A program made the position numbers and the translations under genes. A DNA stretch of 63,721 nt, filler included, from Rhabdomonas costata (taxonomy: Eukaryota): NCBI GenBank assembly GCA_019059605.1. It is 56 parts of 56 records of this genome, joined end to end, with 100 filler letters (N's around TTAATTAATTAA, not from the genome) between each part and the next. Parts side by side here need not be neighbours in the genome. Positions count along the whole stretch, not along the records: positions 60,401 to 61,440 come from JAHMHO010031958.1; positions 61,541 to 62,581 come from JAHMHO010031959.1; positions 62,682 to 63,721 come from JAHMHO010031960.1; 53 more parts are not named here. The stretch is one strand, 5' to 3'. Within the stretch, counting starts at the first letter, position 1, and each line of letters begins with the position of its first letter. Below are positions 61,280 through 63,721 of this stretch, one piece after another. The notes below the pieces were generated by a model. It made no database searches and was not told where the DNA came from. It was given only the letters and a program-made list of their open reading frames with translations.

Positions 61280-61733
61280 CTGAACGTCACACCAAGCAAT
61301 GGGTCGCGTGAGCACTCAGCTTGCGCAGACTCGTTAATGGACCCTGAAGCATGCAAAAATGGTATGTAATTGAAGAGGTGGTGGTCGTTTCCACGCTCCA
61401 CGCTGTTTCCGAGCAAGATCGAGCAAACCCACCCCCCACANNNNNNNNNNNNNNNNNNNNNNNNNNNNNNNNNNNNNNNNNNNNTTAATTAATTAANNNN
61501 NNNNNNNNNNNNNNNNNNNNNNNNNNNNNNNNNNNNNNNNGTTTTTGGGGTCATTTTAAAAAAGACGGGCAAGAAGCCGTTCGCAGAGCCCCACCACCAA
61601 TCCACATCGTTGAAAAAAGGAAGGAAAAAAAGAAATGCATATATGTCCATTGCCATTGATCGTCTTCTTGCCAAATTTGACACGATCAGTTTTCAGAGAA
61701 GCCCGCAACCTTCGAAAGGCAGCACTCCAGCAC

Positions 61734-62032
61734 CTGAGCAGTGCCGCGCCATTGACGGGGGGCAGCAAGTGCACCAGACACTTGCCAGGCAGCGACGGGC
61801 CCAGCATCTCGGACATCGCCGCGTTGCTGCCCACGATGACCCCCTCGGGGCCCACCACCGCCAGGGCCCTCTGCCTCTGCAGCGCCAGCACAGTCCCCCA
61901 CAGCGCCCTGCGATATAGTACCCCAGCGCAGAGGTAGCCCAGCACAAGCGCGTGCAACACGGAGGTATACACCGCGGAGAGGACAGGCCCAGCGCTCTCC
62001 AGGGGCCCCACCGTGAAGGGCTCGGCAGCAGC
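61734..62032 (-). CDS. Transmembrane helix followed by PAS-like domain, exon
   Basis: VLHALVLGYLCAGVLYRR then ALAVVGPEGVIVGSNAAMSEMLG...GKCLVHLLPP; gaaag acceptor, gtgctg donor. Confidence 0.7.
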
Positions 62033-63256
62033 CTTTCAAAAAGCAGAAGCAGAACAAAACAAGAAAGGTTCCTCACAAAAACTTCTGTTTTTTTCTGGGG
62101 GGGGGACTGACACCAAAACATCGAAGCGGACAAGAACCACATGAGCCCACAGGGAGCAGTTGCACACAGGGATACATGACATATTTACCCAGTGGGTAGG
62201 TGGGTAGATGGCCACACAAAAATGAATCGAAAATCCAGATAAAAATGGTAGAAAACAGCAGAAAACGTCGGCCGAGATAGTGGGTTAGGCTTGGTAACAG
62301 AAGTTGACAAGAGCTTCAAGCGCATCAACCAAAATTTCAAACTATGGGAAATCCCAACGGAAGCATGTCCTGGCCAGAGCATCGCGTCGTCATTGCCCAT
62401 CACCCCATGCCCAGCTGATGTTTCAGTCCACTATCCAGTGGACCAAATGGTACGTATCAAACACATTTGATGCAAAGGAACCGCTCGTTTAGTGAATTCC
62501 TTGGCATAAATTCATCATGGACTCTGTCGGGACGGGGCAAAACGGGGGTCGCATTGGGAGAGATTCCATACCACCAAAACANNNNNNNNNNNNNNNNNNN
62601 NNNNNNNNNNNNNNNNNNNNNNNNNTTAATTAATTAANNNNNNNNNNNNNNNNNNNNNNNNNNNNNNNNNNNNNNNNNNNNTGTGGTGTGGTCATGTTGC
62701 GTTGCGCTTCATGAAGTCAAAGCCTCAGTTATGCGATGTGCTCGCAGGGAAAGCAGATTAGTAATCAGGGCGCAGTTGCATTCGAAGGCAGAATCATGAG
62801 GGGTACTTTATCATTTCCAAGCCTCACGCGCCCCGTTCAAGTAATTGCGTCTCCTTTGGAAGTGATGCGCAGAATACGGGAGGGAACTCTCGTTTTGTTT
62901 TGTACTATCTGCTTTCCTCTGGCCTTGCAAAAAAACATCAGCTGGGGCATTGTTTGTAAAGGATGGTTGTCTTTTGCAAATACATCGGCTCGGCACCAAT
63001 GGGCGTGGTTTCAAACCGCGCATTGAACATATCAGCGGTTTTTTCTGGACGAACCCTTTGTTTTCACCTACAGGCATTTATGTACTTTGCGCTTGCAAAG
63101 AAGCAGGTCATCCCAGTGAAACGTTGGAATTGAAAACCGAAGGGTTCCCAAACGCCCGGTTTTTTTGCCTCTGAAGAGCCTGTTTGCTCCACCTGTGCTT
63201 TTGTTTGTGTTTTTGTGGTGAAGAGGCTCGTCCTTGAATAATCTTCTTTTTATTTT

Positions 63257-63673
63257 TTGACACTTCTGAGTGCTTCTGAGCACAAAAACTGGCATGTCGA
63301 AAAACTTGATGACCTTGTGAACTGCTGTATTACGCAGCACGTGGGAGATTCCCTTTTCAAGGACGAGTTTGACGTTTGGCGTCCAGTTGCAACAGTGGAA
63401 GAAGAGGCAAAGTATGGTGGTAATCCAGAGTCATACTTGCGTGTTTTAACCGGGCCTTCGTACTGGTCTGATGCTGATGTACGAGCTGCTTGGCCGTCGC
63501 TTTCGGGCAAAGGTATCGATTGCGCCCTCCTTTTGGATTACATGATGGTTTTAGCTGAGACACATCCCGCGCGACATTTTTTCGGCAGATACACCAACCA
63601 ATCCCAGACGACTATTTGTTGCTGGACCAGGCATCAACCTCGCTTCCGACACGCAGATCCTGAACCTTTTTAG
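63257..63673 (+). pseudogene. Possible degenerate hAT-like C-terminal fragment or unknown ORF
   Basis: EEEAKY...PSYWSD...AAWPSLS...ALL weakly fits E..Y...P..YW...WP.LS..A; no ER.FS motif. Confidence 0.22.
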
Positions 63674-63721
63674 TCAATTTGGAAAGGTCAATTTGCCCTT
63701 TTTTCTCTTTCCCCACAAACC

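Noticed and set aside
1040..62681. Regularly spaced TTAATTAATTAA as a CRISPR-like or biological repeat array
   Set aside because: Always embedded in N44 padding; an assembly spacer
1..63721. tRNA, rRNA, snRNA genes, CRISPR arrays, operons or defence islands
   Set aside because: None recognised by eye; contigs are unlinked eukaryotic fragments. An Infernal/tRNAscan run is needed to exclude divergent RNAs

Overview
This is not one locus. It is 56 unrelated eukaryotic contigs of about 1.04 kb each, joined by 55 artificial 100-nt spacers (N44-TTAATTAATTAA-N44), so nothing can be inferred from gene order across spacers. Most contig ends carry G/T-only (5') or C/A-only (3') residue resembling whole-genome-amplification primers, and seven ends carry perfect inverted repeats, so this is probably an amplified single-cell or low-input assembly. 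The content is an intron-rich protist genome with short GT-AG exons. It is probably euglenozoan (inference from an MLRR mitochondrial presequence, an Scd6 'HTGQ.F' motif and atypical donor sites). Recognisable exons: LSM14/Scd6, MAP3K, MAP2K, ZZ zinc finger, MCM8, Alba, RRM, PDI-like thioredoxin, TYW2, SRPRA, ABCG/PDR, BMT5-like, OYE-like flavin oxidoreductase, APEH, CWF19L1, pentameric ligand-gated channel ectodomain, cyclase-type helix, TM-PAS. Mobile DNA: frameshifted non-LTR RT, dead Tc1/mariner, probable hAT relics, two MITE candidates. I cannot demonstrate a complete new multi-gene system. The best leads are a SIR2_2-like (immune-type sirtuin) exon with a duplicated 4-Cys insert, one-repeat-per-exon Cys-rich modules, an in-frame TAA in a kinase exon, and a one-strand C-depleted intron. 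All family calls are by eye, from motif recall; no searches were run.
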